A stretch of 64,000 nt of DNA, from positions 271,350 through 335,349 of the forward strand of contig JBNKBE010000003.1 in NCBI GenBank assembly GCA_050287085.1, given 5' to 3'. A program made the position numbers and the translations under genes. This DNA comes from Polyangiaceae bacterium. Lineage in GTDB: Bacteria; Myxococcota_A; Polyangia; Polyangiales; Polyangiaceae. This document shows, piece by piece, positions 28,267 through 38,700 of the stretch. Every line of letters begins with the position of its first letter. Within the stretch, counting starts at the first letter, position 1. A model generated the notes under the pieces. The model was not told the DNA's origin. It saw nothing but the letters and a program-made list of their open reading frames with translations, and made no database searches.

Positions 28267-28878
28267 ATGAATTCCATAGCATCAGCTGCACTCAGCGGGA
28301 CCGTCCTCCTTCCCTCACGTGAGGAGCTCGCCGCCCGCTTCGGAGGTGATAGCTCCGCACAGATGGCGGCAGTCCTGTTTCTGGCAAATCAAGAACGGCG
28401 CCTCGACTCAGGACAAGAACGAGCGCTGCAAGAAGAACAGATTGGAAAGCACAATGAGAAGCAGCTCAGCGCCCTCAGACAGGCAGCCCAAGACCACTAC
28501 GAAGCAGCGGTGGCGGAAGGGGTGAGTCAAGTCGCGTCTGGAAGCATTTCCATCGCCGGGGCCGCTATTCGATTCAACGGCAGCGACTTCATGAAGAAAT
28601 ATGGTCAGCGACTCGAACGCTGCGCCACTGGGGCCAGCACCGGCGCGACCGGGACTGGCAAGCTATTGGCCGCCGACGCCACTAGTAGTGCCGGATATGC
28701 AGCAGCCACAGCGACCCAACAAGAACAACTTGCCGACGTCGAAGAACGCGTTCTAGACCGGCTACGCGACGAAACGGCCGACGTCCGAGAGCTGGACGAG
28801 AAGGTATTGGACTTCCTGCAGTCGGCTCAACAAGCCAAGGCCGCCGCAGAAGCGGCGCCGTGGGCCGTAAGAGGCTAA
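28267..28878 (+). CDS. Minor translocator (SctB; YopD/IpaC/SseD-like)
   Basis: Coiled coil, Gly/Ala-rich hydrophobic 'AAVAEGVSQVASGSISIAGAA', C-terminal 'QQAKAAAEAAPWAVRG' akin to SipC/IpaC ends. Confidence 0.68.
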   Translation: MNSIASAALSGTVLLPSREELAARFGGDSSAQMAAVLFLANQERRLDSGQERALQEEQIGKHNEKQLSALRQAAQDHYEAAVAEGVSQVASGSISIAGAAIRFNGSDFMKKYGQRLERCATGASTGATGTGKLLAADATSSAGYAAATATQQEQLADVEERVLDRLRDETADVRELDEKVLDFLQSAQQAKAAAEAAPWAVRG

Positions 28879-28906
28879 CCGCCGGCTTTCGACGCCTCGG
28901 ACGGCG

Positions 28907-29374
28907 TCAGAGCTGCTCGGCAAGATACTTCTTCAGCCCGACGTCTTCTATCAGCTTGAGCTGGGACTGAAGCCAGAAGATGTGGTCGAGCTCTGTGTCT
29001 TTGAGTAGCTTCTCGAGCAAGGCGCGTGTCCCGTTGTCGCCTTCGGCAACACTCAGCGCAATACCCTCGTTTAGAGCACGGGCCACGTCTAACTCGTAGC
29101 CGAGGTCGTTCTCAAGCATCTCTTTAGGGTCTGCGCCCACCTTGAGCTTGACTCGTTCCGTCACATCCGGGACTCCCTCGAGCAGCAATATCCGGGAGAT
29201 CAACTCATCGGCGTGTTGCCGTTCGTCAGAGGCCTCGTGCACCAGCCGCGCCTCAAGCTTGCCATAGCCCCAATCTCCAAACATTCTGCCCTGCACCAGG
29301 TAGATGTCCATGGCGGTCAGCTCGCTCGCAAGCAGCGAATTGAGCATGCTGAGGACTTTCTTGCTTCCGTTCAT
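28907..29374 (-). CDS. bfr: Bacterioferritin (heme-less BfrA/FtnA type)
   Basis: MNG...V...LN..L..ELTA, DWG..KL, DERQHAD, RILLLEG.P, DTELDH..WL..QL.LI..VGL..YL. Confidence 0.93.
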   Translation of the reverse strand: MNGSKKVLSMLNSLLASELTAMDIYLVQGRMFGDWGYGKLEARLVHEASDERQHADELISRILLLEGVPDVTERVKLKVGADPKEMLENDLGYELDVARALNEGIALSVAEGDNGTRALLEKLLKDTELDHIFWLQSQLKLIEDVGLKKYLAEQL

Positions 29375-29835
29375 CGCTAGACCTTTCGTTCGGCGCCCAC
29401 TACGCCGCGACACTCTTGACCCTACTGAGTATCTGCCCTCGCAGCCACCGAAGAATCCCCTTCCCGAGACGCCCACAGTGCCAGCTCCCTGAAGGTAGGG
29501 CGACGCGGCGTTTCCCGCAGCCCCTCTTCAACTCTGTGGCCGACAACAACGAGCAACGCGGCGATTTCGCGCCCATTCGGCCCTTGCGTAAGCGCTGGCC
29601 ACTGCCGTATTCGCATCCGCGAGCCCCGTGTGCCACGCCCAGGGTCCGTCCCACGCCGCCACCGAAAACCAACGCCCCAGCCACCACGCCCGCCCCGGCC
29701 AACGTCGCTGCCTGAGCGCGCAGACCGACCTGCAGGCGATTCGGACTCGGGACACGAAACGCACCATTGTGAGACGAGCCACACCGCTAGCCGCACCGGC
29801 TGAATCCGGAGCCTGAACCGCAGAGGGCGAAGACG

Positions 29836-29963
29836 GAAACATTCGAGAAACCCTGAGCACCGCGCGCGTTTCGTATCGTTTTCTAAAGCCCCATTCGGAC
29901 AGATAATTCGTATCGGGAATGCTTCTGAAACAGGTCGTGTTCATTAGTTTCACGGTCGTTTCA
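29836..29963. promoter_or_regulatory. Cluster of 11-bp-spaced GAAAC/GTTTC boxes in the AT-rich nitrate transporter promoter
   Basis: GAAAC at 29836 and 29847; GTTTCA at 29947 and 29958; TGAAAC at 29926. Confidence 0.35.
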
Positions 29964-30053
29964 TTTCACCACTGTGTGCAATCGGTCTTGCCACGCTTCG
30001 ATCCACATGTGAAGCCTAATCCGGCCACAGATGGCCGCATAAAGAGCACACCC

Positions 30054-31523
30054 ATGCACACTCGACTGAACCTCTTCAATCTCAAAGATGGGAAGATTCA
30101 AACGCTCCATTTGGCGTGGTTTGCGTTCTTCCTTACGTTCGTCATCTGGTTCAACCACGCGCCACTTCTGGCCTCGATCAAGACCGCTCTGAACTTGACT
30201 ACCCCACAGGTCAAGGCGCTCATGATCCTAAACGTGGCCCTGACAATCCCAGCGCGTATCGTGGTCGGTATTCTGGTCGATCGCTTTGGTCCGCGTAAGA
30301 CGTTCAGCCTGTTGCTATTTCTTTCAGCGCTGCTCTGCTTCGCCTTCGCCGCCGCCCAAAGCTTTGAGCAACTGGCGTTGTTCCGCTTCATGCTCGGCTT
30401 CGTTGGAGCTGGATTCGTGATCGGTATTCGTCTCGTAGGCGAGTGGTTTCCGGCCAAACAAGTCGGGCTGGCCGAAGGCATCTATGGCGGGTGGGGCAAC
30501 TTCGGCTCTGCGGCTGCGGCCATCACGCTGCCCAGTCTCGCGCTCGCCTTCGGCGGTGATGACGGCTGGCGCTACGCGATGGGCTGCAGCGGCGTGGTGG
30601 CTCTCCTCTATTCCTTCTTGTTCTACGCCAAGGTCCGCGACACGCCCAAGGGCTCAACCTACTTCAAACCCAGGCGAACCGGAGGCCTTGAAGTAACGAG
30701 CAAGGCAGACTTCTACTTCCTCCTGGCCATGAACCTACCGATGTACGCAGCTCTGGCCGTGCTCGCCTGGCGACTCGGGCCAAGTAACCTCGGGCTCCTG
30801 CCCGCGTCGGCCGTGACAGCCTCGTACCTGGCATTGGGCGTATTGTTCGTAGTTCAGACGCGGCAGATCCGACACGTAAACCACGAGATATTCGAACGCG
30901 AACTTCCGCCTGAACGCCGATACAAGTTCAAACAGGTCGCAATTCTCGACGTGGCGTATTTTGTCAGTTTCGGCTCTGAACTCGCCGTCGTGTCCATGCT
31001 GCCACTCTTCTTCATGGATACATTCGCTGGGCTGTCCCAAGCCAAAGCCGCAATGCTCGCCTCCGGTTTCGCGTTCATGAATCTTGCGGCGCGTCCCGGC
31101 GGAGGCTGGTTGTCCGATCGCTTTGGTCGACGCAAGACCATGCTGATACTGATCGGCGGACTCGCCATCGGCTACCTGGTGCTCAGTCGAGTCAGCGGCA
31201 GCTGGCCCATCTTGCTGGCGGTCGTCGCCACGATGTCGTGCTCCTTTTTCGTCCAAGCCGGGGAAGGCGCCGTGTTCTCCATGGTTCCGCTGGTACAACG
31301 GAGAATGACGGGACAGATCGCGGGCATGGCAGGCGCCTACGGAAACGTCGGCGGCGTGGCGTTTCTCACCGTGTTGTCCTTCGTCGACTACTCTACGTTC
31401 TTTCTGGTCATCGGCTGCGCCGCAGCATTGACCTTGGCGATCGTGTGGTTCATGGATGAGCCCAAGGGGCATATGGTAGAGGTGGCCGAAGACGGCACGG
31501 TCCAGCTGCTCGAGGTCGCATAA
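30054..31523 (+). CDS. NarK/NasA-family nitrate/nitrite MFS transporter
   Basis: [71 protein letters not shown]. Confidence 0.93.
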   Translation: MHTRLNLFNLKDGKIQTLHLAWFAFFLTFVIWFNHAPLLASIKTALNLTTPQVKALMILNVALTIPARIVVGILVDRFGPRKTFSLLLFLSALLCFAFAAAQSFEQLALFRFMLGFVGAGFVIGIRLVGEWFPAKQVGLAEGIYGGWGNFGSAAAAITLPSLALAFGGDDGWRYAMGCSGVVALLYSFLFYAKVRDTPKGSTYFKPRRTGGLEVTSKADFYFLLAMNLPMYAALAVLAWRLGPSNLGLLPASAVTASYLALGVLFVVQTRQIRHVNHEIFERELPPERRYKFKQVAILDVAYFVSFGSELAVVSMLPLFFMDTFAGLSQAKAAMLASGFAFMNLAARPGGGWLSDRFGRRKTMLILIGGLAIGYLVLSRVSGSWPILLAVVATMSCSFFVQAGEGAVFSMVPLVQRRMTGQIAGMAGAYGNVGGVAFLTVLSFVDYSTFFLVIGCAAALTLAIVWFMDEPKGHMVEVAEDGTVQLLEVA

Positions 31524-31563
31524 GAATCCAGCTGCTTGCGGTCGTACAAAATAGCGGAGGACA

Positions 31564-31614
31564 GGACCCCTCGCGCGGCGTACCGTGTTCCTCACGGAGC
31601 ACGCACGAGGGTCC
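31564..31614 (+). other. Long intergenic stem-loop between nitrate transporter and kinase genes
   Basis: ggacccctcg/cgagggtcc outer stem (one bulge), cgtgttcc/ggagcacg inner stem. Confidence 0.35.
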
Positions 31615-31718
31615 ATTCTCAGCTCCGACTCAGTCGCAAGGCCAGCCGCCGAAAGCCGCCGCAGTTCCGCCGCTGCAGTTGCCCCAAAGCGGCTCCAAGA
31701 GATAAGCCAACGAGGGAG

Positions 31719-33527
31719 ATGCTCAAGCTCACAACCGGCCAAGCAACGTCAGCTGGACGCAAGGCACGCAACGAAGACAGCATGGGATTGCTGGTGCCAA
31801 GTGACCCACAATTGCTGGAGATGAAGGGAGCTAGCGCGGTGTTATGCGACGGCGTCAGCGCGGCGGATGGCGGTGCCGTCGCCGCTGAAACGTCGGTGCA
31901 GAACTTCTTAAACGACTACTTCTCCACGCCGGAAACCTGGACCGTGGAGACGTCTGCGCAGAAGGTCTTGTCCGCACTGAATCGCTGGCTCTACAGCCGT
32001 GGAGCAGAATTTGCCAACGCCGAACGAGGCTATGTCTGCACGCTGAGCGCGCTCGTTCTGAAGTCGAGGACCGCCTACCTCTTCCACGTGGGAGATAGTC
32101 GCGTTTACCTCCTTCGAAAAGGTGGGCTCACACAGCTCACGACCGATCATGCGCTTCGAATTGGGGACACTACGACCTACCTCAGTCGGGCCATGGGGCT
32201 GGACTCACGGGTCGCCGTCGACTTCAAGCGACTACCCGTCGAGGTCGGTGATGTGTTCCTGCTGACGTCCGACGGAGTCCACGACTACCTTTCCACGGAT
32301 GCCTTGGAACGGCTCACGGCGCCGGCTGTTGGAGCCTCTGACCTCGACGCGACCTGTGAGTCATTGATCGAGGCGGCGCTGGCGGAGAACAGTCCCGACA
32401 ACCTGACTGCGCAGCTGCTTCGAGTCGACGCCGTCCCCGACGCAACCGCCGATGAATACGTGAAGCGTTTGACGGCACTGCCATTTCCGCCGGAGCTGCG
32501 ACCTGGGCTCGTTCTGGACGGCTTTCGAATCGAAGAGGAGCTCCATGCTAGCTCGCGTAGCCAGGTGTATCGCGTCACACGGCTGAGCGACGGCAGGACG
32601 TTGGCGCTCAAGACGCCAAGCGTCAACTTCGAGGACGATGCCGGTTACATCGAGCGCTTCGCGCTCGAGCATTGGGTCGGAACCCGCGTCTCAAGTCCAA
32701 ACCTGGTGCAAACCCTTGCGCCTCCGAAGGACAGAAGCTGCCTCTACAGCCTGATGGAGTTCGTTGAAGGCCAGACCTTGGAGCAGTGGATCGAACGACG
32801 CAGGCGACTTCCGGTACGCGAGATGGGTGAAGTGGCATCGATCGCAGACCAGATCGGTCGTGCCCTCATCGCGCTCCATCGCAAAGGCATCATCCACCAA
32901 GATCTGAAACCCAGCAACATCGTGCTCAGCCCAAGCGGGAGCGCAAAGGTCATCGACTACGGCTCGGTGTTCGTCGGGGGCGTCGACGAGATCGCCAGTC
33001 CGATCGTACGCGAGAAGCTCCTGGGAACGGCGTCGTACGCTGCCCCCGAATACGTGTTAGGCCGAGTGCCGACTCGAGCCGCCGATACCTACTCGCTGGG
33101 TTCTGTCGTCTACGAGATGCTCACCGGGCAGTTGCCTTACGGAGAGGCGGGCGCAGCGGCTCGAAGTCCGGCGCACTTTCAGGAGCTGCGCTACCGTTCT
33201 GCTGCCGAGTTGAACCCCTACGTGCCGCCTTGGGTGGACGCGGCCGTCCGCCGTGCTGTGGCTCTGACGCCCGAGGCACGCTACGACGAGGTTACGGAGT
33301 TTCTCTACGATCTGCGGCATCCCAATCTCGAGCTCACGCAGCCCACGACGGCACCGAAGTCCGACGAAGCGCGAACGCGATGGCGTGGGCTGGCCCTGCT
33401 TCTTCTCGTGACCCAATTCGTGACGCTGTTCTGGCTTTCCCAAGTCCACAATAAGCAGCACTCCATCGGCTCCAATGACAAGCTCTCCCACGAGCCATCC
33501 GCTGCGGAACCCCCTGGAACGAACTGA
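31719..33527 (+). CDS. Bifunctional PP2C-type phosphatase / Ser-Thr kinase with C-terminal TM segment
   Basis: NED, CDGVS, HVGDSR.Y, L.SDG, DN.T; then ALKTP, HQDLKPSN, IDYG, GTASYAAPE; GGGAG RBS. Confidence 0.92.
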   Translation: MLKLTTGQATSAGRKARNEDSMGLLVPSDPQLLEMKGASAVLCDGVSAADGGAVAAETSVQNFLNDYFSTPETWTVETSAQKVLSALNRWLYSRGAEFANAERGYVCTLSALVLKSRTAYLFHVGDSRVYLLRKGGLTQLTTDHALRIGDTTTYLSRAMGLDSRVAVDFKRLPVEVGDVFLLTSDGVHDYLSTDALERLTAPAVGASDLDATCESLIEAALAENSPDNLTAQLLRVDAVPDATADEYVKRLTALPFPPELRPGLVLDGFRIEEELHASSRSQVYRVTRLSDGRTLALKTPSVNFEDDAGYIERFALEHWVGTRVSSPNLVQTLAPPKDRSCLYSLMEFVEGQTLEQWIERRRRLPVREMGEVASIADQIGRALIALHRKGIIHQDLKPSNIVLSPSGSAKVIDYGSVFVGGVDEIASPIVREKLLGTASYAAPEYVLGRVPTRAADTYSLGSVVYEMLTGQLPYGEAGAAARSPAHFQELRYRSAAELNPYVPPWVDAAVRRAVALTPEARYDEVTEFLYDLRHPNLELTQPTTAPKSDEARTRWRGLALLLLVTQFVTLFWLSQVHNKQHSIGSNDKLSHEPSAAEPPGTN

Positions 33528-33589
33528 CGCCACAGCAGGGAAGCCCTTCTCAGCTCGCGTCTTGGGAGGAGCTCTGGCATAGTTGCGCC

Positions 33590-34471
33590 GTGCCGCGCTC
33601 CCTACCCATGGCCCACGCTGCTGAGGCTCGCACAAAGACGCGGCCAGCGGCAGCACGGCCTGCGGGACGCTCTTCGGTGGAAGCCTTCACGAGGGCCGCC
33701 GGGTCGCTCTTATTGGTGCTGACCCTCGGCAACGCTTGCCGTCAGGACCCCACGGAAGTGCCTCCCAGCACAATCACCGAGCCAGGACCCACCGCCACTG
33801 CCGCACCTGAGGCGGCAAGCGACAAGTACACAACAGACGACGCTCTCCCACCGGCGGAGCCCTCGCCGGCTCCCCAATCGCGGCGCGCCCTCAATGTCCT
33901 CGCCATCGGCGACTCGCTCACCGACCTTCGCTCCCATGGCGGCGGGTACCTCAAGTACCTCCAGCGACGCTGCCCCCGATCACACTTCGTCAACCTCGGG
34001 CGCGGGGGCGATATGACCCATCAAATGCGGCGACGTTTCGAAGGCCAGGTGCGCTCAATCCCCGGCAAGTACAGCCACGTGATCGTCTTCGGTGGCGTCA
34101 ACGACATCATCAGCGACGAAACCGCCCATCGGACCAACGACAAGATCGAACGCGATCTGATGGCCATGTATAAGCGCTCGCGGGACTTCGGTGCTCGCGT
34201 GATCGCAATTGCGGTAGCGCCTTGGGGGGGCTTCAAGCGCTACTACAACGCGCGGCGTGGTCGGTCCACCCGTGCTCTCAACGCCTGGATTGCAGCCCAG
34301 GTACCAGCCGCCGTGGATCTCGCGCTCGACCCCTTCGACCTGCTCGCCTGTGGCGAAAGCTTGTGTCCTGAACACGTTCCCCCCTTTCAGGATGGCATTC
34401 ACTTCGGAAAGACCGGACACGAGTTATTGGGACAGGCGCTATTTGACGCGGAATTCAAGAACTGCCTGTAG
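33590..34471 (+). CDS. SGNH/GDSL hydrolase lipoprotein
   Basis: IGDSLT, NLGRGG, GGVND, DGIH blocks; lipobox-like NAC; Pro/Thr linker. Confidence 0.88.
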   Translation: MPRSLPMAHAAEARTKTRPAAARPAGRSSVEAFTRAAGSLLLVLTLGNACRQDPTEVPPSTITEPGPTATAAPEAASDKYTTDDALPPAEPSPAPQSRRALNVLAIGDSLTDLRSHGGGYLKYLQRRCPRSHFVNLGRGGDMTHQMRRRFEGQVRSIPGKYSHVIVFGGVNDIISDETAHRTNDKIERDLMAMYKRSRDFGARVIAIAVAPWGGFKRYYNARRGRSTRALNAWIAAQVPAAVDLALDPFDLLACGESLCPEHVPPFQDGIHFGKTGHELLGQALFDAEFKNCL

Positions 34472-34593
34472 TCCCCGCCCTTGCGCCGATGCCCGTCGAG
34501 CCGGGCGATGAGCGGCCCTGTGGTGAAAACCCCTCGCGGGGCCCAAACTCAACAGCTGTTGTCACCGGAGCCGCTTTTGAGTACAGCGGCAGG

Positions 34594-35196
34594 GTGACTG
34601 ACTCCGAACGAACTACCCTGGCCAGTTTGTTGGATAAGCGTTTGCTGCTCACTTTCGGACTGCTCGGCGTGGTGGGCTTCGTAGCTTGCGATGGGGTCAA
34701 TGCGGTTGTGAATCGCGCCTTTGCGGACCCCGCGCTACCAGCACCCAAGCCGGAAAGCTGGAAGCCGGGAACAACCCATCAGGTCGAGCTGACGCTGATC
34801 ACCAAGGACTACACCCGGCTCGACTGCGCGGCAGACGAGGTGCGCGACGGCACCTACTGCAAGTACCTGGCTGACCATAGCCGGCGCCCCAAGGCGCCCG
34901 ACGCTCCGCTGGACGACAACAACGAGCACTTGGTGCAACCCTACCGAACAGCAGTAGGCAACCACTTCCTCATGGTCGCGGGACTGTGGGCCACTCCCGA
35001 CGTGGCTCAGCGAGTGCACGACGAACCTTTCTCAAGCGTCCCCGAAAAGAAGCTCAAGCGCTTTGTCGCCGACTGTCGGGTCCGCTTCGTCGAACCCTTG
35101 GCGAAAGCTGACGTGCGCTGGGGTTCGGGTCAGAAGTGGATCAGCGAAAAATCCGTTTCGGTTGGTATCGCCGAAGAATGCCGGATCGTACGCTGA
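34594..35196 (+). CDS. Hypothetical exported/membrane-anchored protein
   Basis: Hydrophobic N-terminal segment ending VAC, several Cys; ORF open from 34489, GTG 34594 plausible. Confidence 0.6.
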   Translation: MTDSERTTLASLLDKRLLLTFGLLGVVGFVACDGVNAVVNRAFADPALPAPKPESWKPGTTHQVELTLITKDYTRLDCAADEVRDGTYCKYLADHSRRPKAPDAPLDDNNEHLVQPYRTAVGNHFLMVAGLWATPDVAQRVHDEPFSSVPEKKLKRFVADCRVRFVEPLAKADVRWGSGQKWISEKSVSVGIAEECRIVR

Positions 35197-35372
35197 GCCG
35201 CTGAAGATCATTCGGGAATGCCGTGTCCCGCGCGCTGAATGGTCCCGGAACGACCCCAGTCGGTAGCCGCTGGAAAGATCGTCTGCCGTCGCCGAGTAGC
35301 TCCGCTGCGTCGTTCCGGCACACGGACATCTGAGTACCTAGACTTACATAACCGGATCCCTAAGATGAGAGC

Positions 35373-35729
35373 GTGCAGTGCCCACATTGCCAGCGCCCAA
35401 TGCTCGCCCTCTTCTACTCATGCGTCTGCGACTACTGCGACGGCGAGGCGCAACTCGACGAGTTCGACCGCGGTTTCATCGTGTGGCGGGATCGCCCATT
35501 GCCCGCAGAAGAGTTCGTCTTTCCAAGCCGTGAGGACGCCGAACGATGGCGGGACGCCAATCGGCTGCAAGGCTACCCAATCGCTTCCGTGCGCGCCCCC
35601 GTTGCCTTTCAATGGCGCAACAGTACCGGCACTATCCAACCACTGGTAACCGCCGATGCATTGGTCACGATCTATCCAGACCACCGCTTCCCGCCGGACA
35701 AGAATCGGGCATTCCTGAGCGCGGACTGA
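35373..35729 (+). CDS. Small hypothetical protein with N-terminal Zn-ribbon
   Basis: CPHC-x10-CVCDYC. Confidence 0.6.
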   Translation: MQCPHCQRPMLALFYSCVCDYCDGEAQLDEFDRGFIVWRDRPLPAEEFVFPSREDAERWRDANRLQGYPIASVRAPVAFQWRNSTGTIQPLVTADALVTIYPDHRFPPDKNRAFLSAD

Positions 35730-35755
35730 GGACCGAGGGCTCGGAATCGGACCCG

Positions 35756-38700
35756 CTATGCGCCTCCGGTCTCGAGTCCGCCGCGGTCACCGGCTCGGCG
35801 GTAGGCCCCACTCAAGCGGCGCCACACCGAGAGCAAGTCGAGCATCGCTGCGTACACCGCTGGAACGAGCAGCAGGCATATCACCGTGGCAAATAGCACT
35901 CCGAAGCCAAGGCTGATCGCCATGGGGATGAGGAAACGGGCTTGAGCCGACGTCTCGAGTATCATCGGCACCAAACCTAAGAAGGTCGTCAGACTGGTCA
36001 ACAAGATGGGACGGAAGCGGCGCACCGCGCCCAGCGTGATGGCCTCCAATCCATCGCTCGCGACACTTCTGAACTCGTTGATGGCGACGATCAGGATCAA
36101 GGAATCGTTTACCACCACACCCGACAGCGCAACAATCCCCATCATGCTCATGAGGCTGAGCGAATAGGACATGGCCAAATGACCTAGCAATGCGCCGACC
36201 AAGCCAAAAGGGATCACGAGCATGATGATCAACGGCTGGGCGTAGGAGCGGAACACAACGGCAAGCAGGGCATAGATGCCGAAGAGGGCAAAAAGGAATC
36301 CGATCCCCAATGCGCCGAGGGCCTCGCGTTGGGCGGCTTGTTCCCCTTCAAGCGAAACACCGAGACCACGATAGCGTGAAATCAGTCGCGGAATGATCTC
36401 GCGTTTGACATCCGCAAGCACCTTTCCGGCATTGGTGATCGAGTTGTCGACGTCCGCGCTGACATTGACAACGCGACGCCCTTCACGCCGCTTGATCTCC
36501 GTGAAGGATCGTCCCCGCGCGACGGTTGCCGCGTCGGCCAGTGGGATCTCCCCGCCACCAGGCGTCTGAAGGAGCAACGACTCCACGTCGAATTCGCTAT
36601 GTCTCTCGCTCTGCGGAAGACGCACAAAAACCCGGAGTTCCTCCCTCCCCCGCTGTTCGCGCACCGCTTCCGACCCGAAGAATGACGCACGCACTTGGCG
36701 AGCCAATTCCAGTTCGGTCAATCCCAGGGCACGCGCCTCCGGACGCAACTTGAAGTCCAACTGCTGTTTGCCGGCACTGAAGCCATCGTCGATATCGAAC
36801 ACCCCAGCGTAGCCCTGGAGGGCTTCAGCCAGTTCCGTCGCAGCCTCCTCCAGCACAGCCACGTCGGTATGCGATAGCTCGACATCCACCGGCGCTCCCG
36901 CCGACGGGCCGCCGATATTGTAGTTGAACTTCAGATGCTCGAGCCCCGGTATCTCGCCGACGCGCTGACGCCAGCGTGCAGAAAACTCGCTCGATGTGAA
37001 GGCTCGCTCCCCAAGGGGCACCAAGTACACGGCCACTTCACCGACATGTCCGCCGCCGCCGCGAGCCGCAGTCGGACGAGCACCGCCGGCGAAAAACCCG
37101 GTGTTGCCAACCTGAGCAAATACGCCGCGACTCACCTCATCCTGCCCGCCCATCTCCTCAAGCAGCCCCTGCGCCGAGTGAACTAGCCTATCGATCACCT
37201 CATGAGTGTCTTCCACCGGGGCCCCAAACGGTAGCGCAACGTCGGCCACCACCACGTCGCCTTCCACCTTCGGCATGAACGTGAAATTGACACGGCCCCC
37301 CGCTACGAGCCCTGCGGAAAGGAGCAAAGCGCAGATCCCCAGCGCGATGACCAAGTAGCGATAGTCGAGCGCTCGCCGCAAGAATGGACCAAATGAGCCG
37401 ATGATGAAGCGTTCCACCCCCGCGCTGAAACGCTCCTGATAGCGGTCGATAAAGCCGAGAATCCCGCGCCCTCCAGTCTTGGAATGGGCCAGATGGGCCG
37501 GCAATATGAGCAAAGACTCGATCAGGGAGATGCTCAAAACGGCCATGACCACGATCGGTATCAGCCGGAAGAACTTCCCCATGGCGCCCGGCACAAACAA
37601 CATCGGAGCAAACGCCACCAGCGTCGTCAGGATGGCAAATACCACCGGTACCGCCACTTCCTTGATGCCGGCGACTGCCGCGTCAAGGCCCCGCAAACCT
37701 TCGCTTCGCTTATGGTATATTGCCTCCCCCACGACGATCGCGTCATCCACCACCATGCCTAGGGTCACGATGAACGCAAACAGCGATATCATATTCACGC
37801 TCGCGTCCAGTGGCGGCAAGAAGGCCAGCGCCCCAACGAAAGAGATGGGGATACCAAGCGTAACCCAGAACGCGAGTCGCACCTCCAAGAACAACGCAAG
37901 CACTATCAGCACGAGCACTAGGCCCATCTTTGCATTGTCGGTCAGCAGCTTGAGGCGCTGCTGGTACATTTCGGACCAGTCGGACCAGGTCGAAACACGA
38001 ACGCCTGCGGGCAGGCGAGCTGCGGCGCGCTGCTCGTAGTCCTTGACCGCTTGCGCAACAGCCACGGGCGTCTCATCGCCAACGCGAAAGACGCGGATCA
38101 TCGCCGCCTGCAGACCGTCGAAACTGGCGCTCTGATCTGTTTCCCGAAACCCGTCGTCGATCTCGGCAATCTGCCCAAGACGAATCTCACTGCCGTCGGG
38201 ACGACTCAGGATTGCAATCTGCGCGAACTCATCGCGACTGCGGCGCCGCTCTGCCGTCCGCACCAAGATCTCGCCGGACGGCGTCTTGACCCCACCCCCC
38301 GGAAGTTCGACGCTCGCCCGCCGCACGAGCTGAGAGACTTGTTCGAGCGTGAGGCCGTAGCGCCGCAGTTCGGCCTGTGGCACCTCGATGCTGACCTCGA
38401 GCGGGCGTACCGCGCCGAGCTCGACCACGGTGATGTCATCACTGGCGAGTAGCCCGTCGCGCATATCCTCCGCCAGATGGCGAAGGGCCTTCTCCTCCTG
38501 GTCGCCATAGACCACCAGGGTGATGACCTCACGACGGTTGCTCGCCAAGCTGACGATGGGACGTTCCACGTCCTGGGGGAAGGACGTTATGCGATCGACT
38601 GCGCCCTTGACGTCCGCTAGCGCACGGCTCGAATCTGTTCCGAGTGTCAACTCTACGACCACGACACCCGTTCCTTCGAGTGCGGTGCTACTCACTTCCT

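Noticed and set aside
25354..28906. Translocon operon as a mobile island
   Set aside because: No integrase, transposase, tRNA or flanking direct repeats visible
29600..29780. Sigma54 promoter (TGGCAC) and NtrC site (GCACCATTGTG) between bfr and the nitrate transporter
   Set aside because: No GC at the -12 spacing; only a half-site for NtrC
29416..29953. Small ORFs in the bfr-transporter gap (e.g. a bfd ferredoxin)
   Set aside because: No CxC...CxxC Bfd pattern; the ORFs are low-complexity with no RBS support
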